NCBI GenBank assembly: GCA_030141605.1
Contig: JAQGDQ010000028.1
Span: 992,001 to 1,056,000, forward strand
Direction: 5' to 3'
Source of the DNA: Tubiluchus corallicola
Taxonomy: Eukaryota; Animalia; Priapulida
Length of the DNA: 64,000 nucleotides
The translations under genes and the position numbers were made by a program. Below the pieces are notes generated by a model. That model was not told the DNA's origin and made no database searches. It was given only the letters and a program-made list of their open reading frames with translations. This document shows, in pieces, positions 61,170-64,000 of this stretch; position 1 is the stretch's first letter; every line of letters begins with the position of its first letter.

Positions 61170-64000
61170 TCACCTCGTTTCCATGGAAAGCTTGATAGCT
61201 GCCTGCAGCATCTCATCTTCACTCATTTCACTAACTGTAAGGAAAGTACAATAAATTATGTACAAATACATAACAAATTCTAATATAGAGCTTAAAAATT
61301 GGTCCTATTTAAGTAAGCGTTTAAAACAGCATGTTACAGATCTTTATAAAAGAACAACAATGCCCAAACTCTCACCTTTCCTAGGTTCCCGTTGACTCAA
61401 TGGTGCCCCAACAGTGCTACCACCACTCTCTGACCCTGAAGAACTTGCCAGGGATGAGCTCTGTAAATTGTCTAGAAATGCTTGTCGTCTCCGTCGTACA
61501 TCTGCAGCAGCCGACTTTGGAGACAATTCTACCTCTGGCTCAGCATTGATGGCAAATGGTGCCGGATGTGAGGATGAGGAAGCTGGAGCTTGTGCATCCA
61601 AGAGTCCGCTACCTGCAAAAGGCAAACATATGAATCCCCATTATATTCATCCACAACAACAACAACAGTAATGGCTATCCAGACCATTTTTCTGTAAAAC
61701 TACAATAAGAATACAATACAATACAAAACTGTAATAAAATATATGACTACTATGTTAGTTTTTTACCAAAGAAAAAAATATTAGTGCTGCAAATGCTGGA
61801 CACTTAATACAGAACATCTTATAAGTGAATGTAAAAATCTAGCTAACTAGAATAATATAAAGATCAATAGCAAAAAGCTTAGCAGAAACTGGCATTGGTA
61901 TATAATAATATTTAATTCAACATCTAATGTGTGAAATACCCTCCATGCTCAGAGCCACTGCGGCTTTCAGATCTTCAGCCTCTTGATCTTCTAAAGCGGC
62001 TCGGCTCAATTCTAGTGCTTTAGCTAGGTCATCCTAGTAAAAAGTAATAATGAACAGTATATAATAGAACAGAATAACGGTAAAATATGGACTAGCATAG
62101 AACGTAAAGGAAGAACATGAATATAGTAACAACATCTTTCAATATGTTCGACCTTTTCTTCTCTTGCTTACAGCTGCCTTGGACCAGCTCAGCTCATCCT
62201 CGCCTCATACATGTTCCATTTCTCATCACACGCTTTACTTCAAAAGTTTACTCGTTAATTCTACTATTTTTGTCCAATTGTCTTTTTATCCATTTTAAAA
62301 CAAAATATTTTCATATATTTTACTCTGCCTGTTTTTGACAAATGCAATCATGAAACTGTGTAAAAATATACACACGATAATTATGATCTAATGACAAATG
62401 CTAAGCGAAAACAATACCCAACTGGTTTTATTTGCTGTTGTCCATCATCACTGCTCCCAGTTGAGACAGGACGCAATAATTTAGGCTTTATAGTCTGAAC
62501 TGCAGGCGTGACTTTTAATAATTGATCAGCTTCACAGTCTGGTAAAATTCCATTTACAATGAATATTGAGTAACCTAGAATTAAAGTCGAGGCTTAGAAT
62601 CAATTTTAGGAAGTGGCTGGACCAAATGCACCTGTTTAATCCCAGATTCCACTATTTCATAAAATCAAATTTTTAAAATAAGTTTAGTTTTCAAATAAAA
62701 CACTTCAATAACTGATTAATTAAATCTTTAAATTGTGCTACACACAAAGCATAATATGTAATTTTATATAGCTCGGTTTGGTATAGTATAATTCTATGGC
62801 ATAGTTTATTTTTAGCTAAAACTCAAAGTTAGTAGTAATGGAAAAATTTTAAATAAAAACCAGATAATGCTACTACCCGGGGCTAACGACATTGTGTCAA
62901 AATGGCTCTAATTTGTTTATGAGGGAAAGAAAAAGAACAGCATTAGCAAACTCCTATGGAACATTAGAGAGAAAGGGCTGGTGTTGACGTTGCTAATCTG
63001 TCACTTACCTGCATTTTTTTCCAACAGTGATCAGGTATTAAATAGAAGTGAATTCAGAAAAAGTCAAGAAATGGTATCCAACTGAAAAAATCTCGTGAGT
63101 GGGTTCAACCCTTACACTGTAAGTCAGTACCCAGTGATGACATCATCATACAGTAAATAGATGAGGTGCTAACTTATAACAAGCTTACCTTCCTGTTGCA
63201 GCTGAACTAATAACATGGATAAGTAAGTATCACTAATTAGCTCTGGTCCCGTGAGTAACGAGTTCAAATTAAACCATTGATAACCGAGTTTCCTAATCGT
63301 CAACCAGTGGTCTTTGAAATTGCATATAAATGCAGTTTGATCACTGAAACGACAACAATTAGTAGTTGGGTGCATCAACAAAATCCTGCACATGACAAAC
63401 TGGTACCAATTCAATTAGTGCATATACTGGCATATACAAATGTGAAAATAGGCGGCTTAAGAAAATAAGTTTTTAAACAACTTAAATATTTCACATACCT
63501 TGTAATTTGCATTATCATTGTTTTACACCGGCCTTTCATTCCCCTTGTTGCCTATTATTATCTTGCACCTTTTACAGTTTTTCTTTACATTTTGCTTTTC
63601 TGTTCACGTCTGTCCAAGTTCGTCTTTATGGTCTCATTTTATCATTTCAATACTTTTCTTTGTTTGTTAATTGTACATACTTTGCAATGTATGTAGTTCA
63701 TTTGAGTATGAATGTGGCATTACGGAAGTAATAAACTAAACTAAAACTAAAATACCAACTACAGCTACCTAAAATACCTACTATTTTAAAGCAAATTTTG
63801 TGACTTGCACTGACACAGGATTCATACTATCATATAAGGCAACACATTCGTGATCATAATGTTGATTGTAATAACTTAATAAACTGCATTGTGGCTTTTG
63901 TTTCGAAAATTTACTAGCAAAAAGGCAAATGGCATTGTGTGTTCTAGGAACGTTAACAGAAATCGAAAACAAAACAGCAAGAGTTATTACTTACACAGGA
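61170..64000 (-). CDS. ATXN3: Ataxin-3 (Josephin-domain deubiquitinase), 5'-truncated by the window edge
   Basis: Exons 64000-63995 (partial), 63343-63189 (FICNFKDHWLTIRKLGYQWFNLNSLLTGPELISDTYL, with catalytic His and Asn), 62574-62423 (GYSIFIVNGILPDCEADQLL; frame requires donor CCA/GTTGGG), 62033-61940 (UIM1 DDLAKALELS, UIM2 EDLKAAVALSM), 61612-61376 (VBM-like DVRRRRQAFL), 61234-61170 (UIM3 SEDEMLQAAIKLSMETR-stop). Confidence 0.95.

Noticed and set aside
61414-61671. Plus-strand ORF ending in QQQQQ inside the ataxin-3 locus
   Set aside because: It is the antisense shadow of an ATXN3 exon. The short (CAA)n run is intronic and on the wrong strand, so it is not the ataxin-3 polyQ.
62171-62238. 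Extra ataxin-3 exon suggested by a GTAAGC donor
   Set aside because: In-frame TGA in the required phases and no good polypyrimidine tract.

Overview
AT-rich, intron-rich animal genomic DNA, most likely an invertebrate bilaterian (lineage not determinable from sequence alone). Six spliced protein-coding genes were reconstructed by hand from splice sites and reading-frame phase: (1) the 3' part of a MARK/PAR-1 kinase (+, 725-15381); (2) a complete PAXX, the XRCC4/XLF-paralog NHEJ factor (-, 18568-21566), of which the ORF track shows only the last exon; (3) mitochondrial PNPase PNPT1 (+, 21675-42192), head-to-head with PAXX with only 108 bp between start codons; (4) a CHST1/GlcNAc6ST-type sulfotransferase nested antisense in PNPT1 intron 10 (-, 32460-36159) with both PAPS-binding motifs degenerate; (5) a UCP2/3-type uncoupling protein (-, 44921-47278) with a GC-AG intron, a C-terminal tail about 70 aa longer than usual and a predicted non-coding exon 2 carrying a 38-codon uORF, like mammalian UCP2; (6) the 3' part of ataxin-3 (-, 61170-64000) with three UIMs and a VCP-binding motif but no polyQ. 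Introns and intergenic DNA hold relics of Tc1/mariner, Ty3/gypsy and L2/CR1-type LINE elements, two hAT-type MITEs with exact 8-bp TSDs, a Kolobok-like MITE, a tRNA-derived SINE and tandem repeats. There is no prokaryote-style novel system here. The best leads are the extended, uORF-bearing UCP, the invertebrate PAXX, the nested putative pseudo-sulfotransferase and a candidate GC-donor microexon in MARK. All homology statements are from recalled family motifs; no database search was run.
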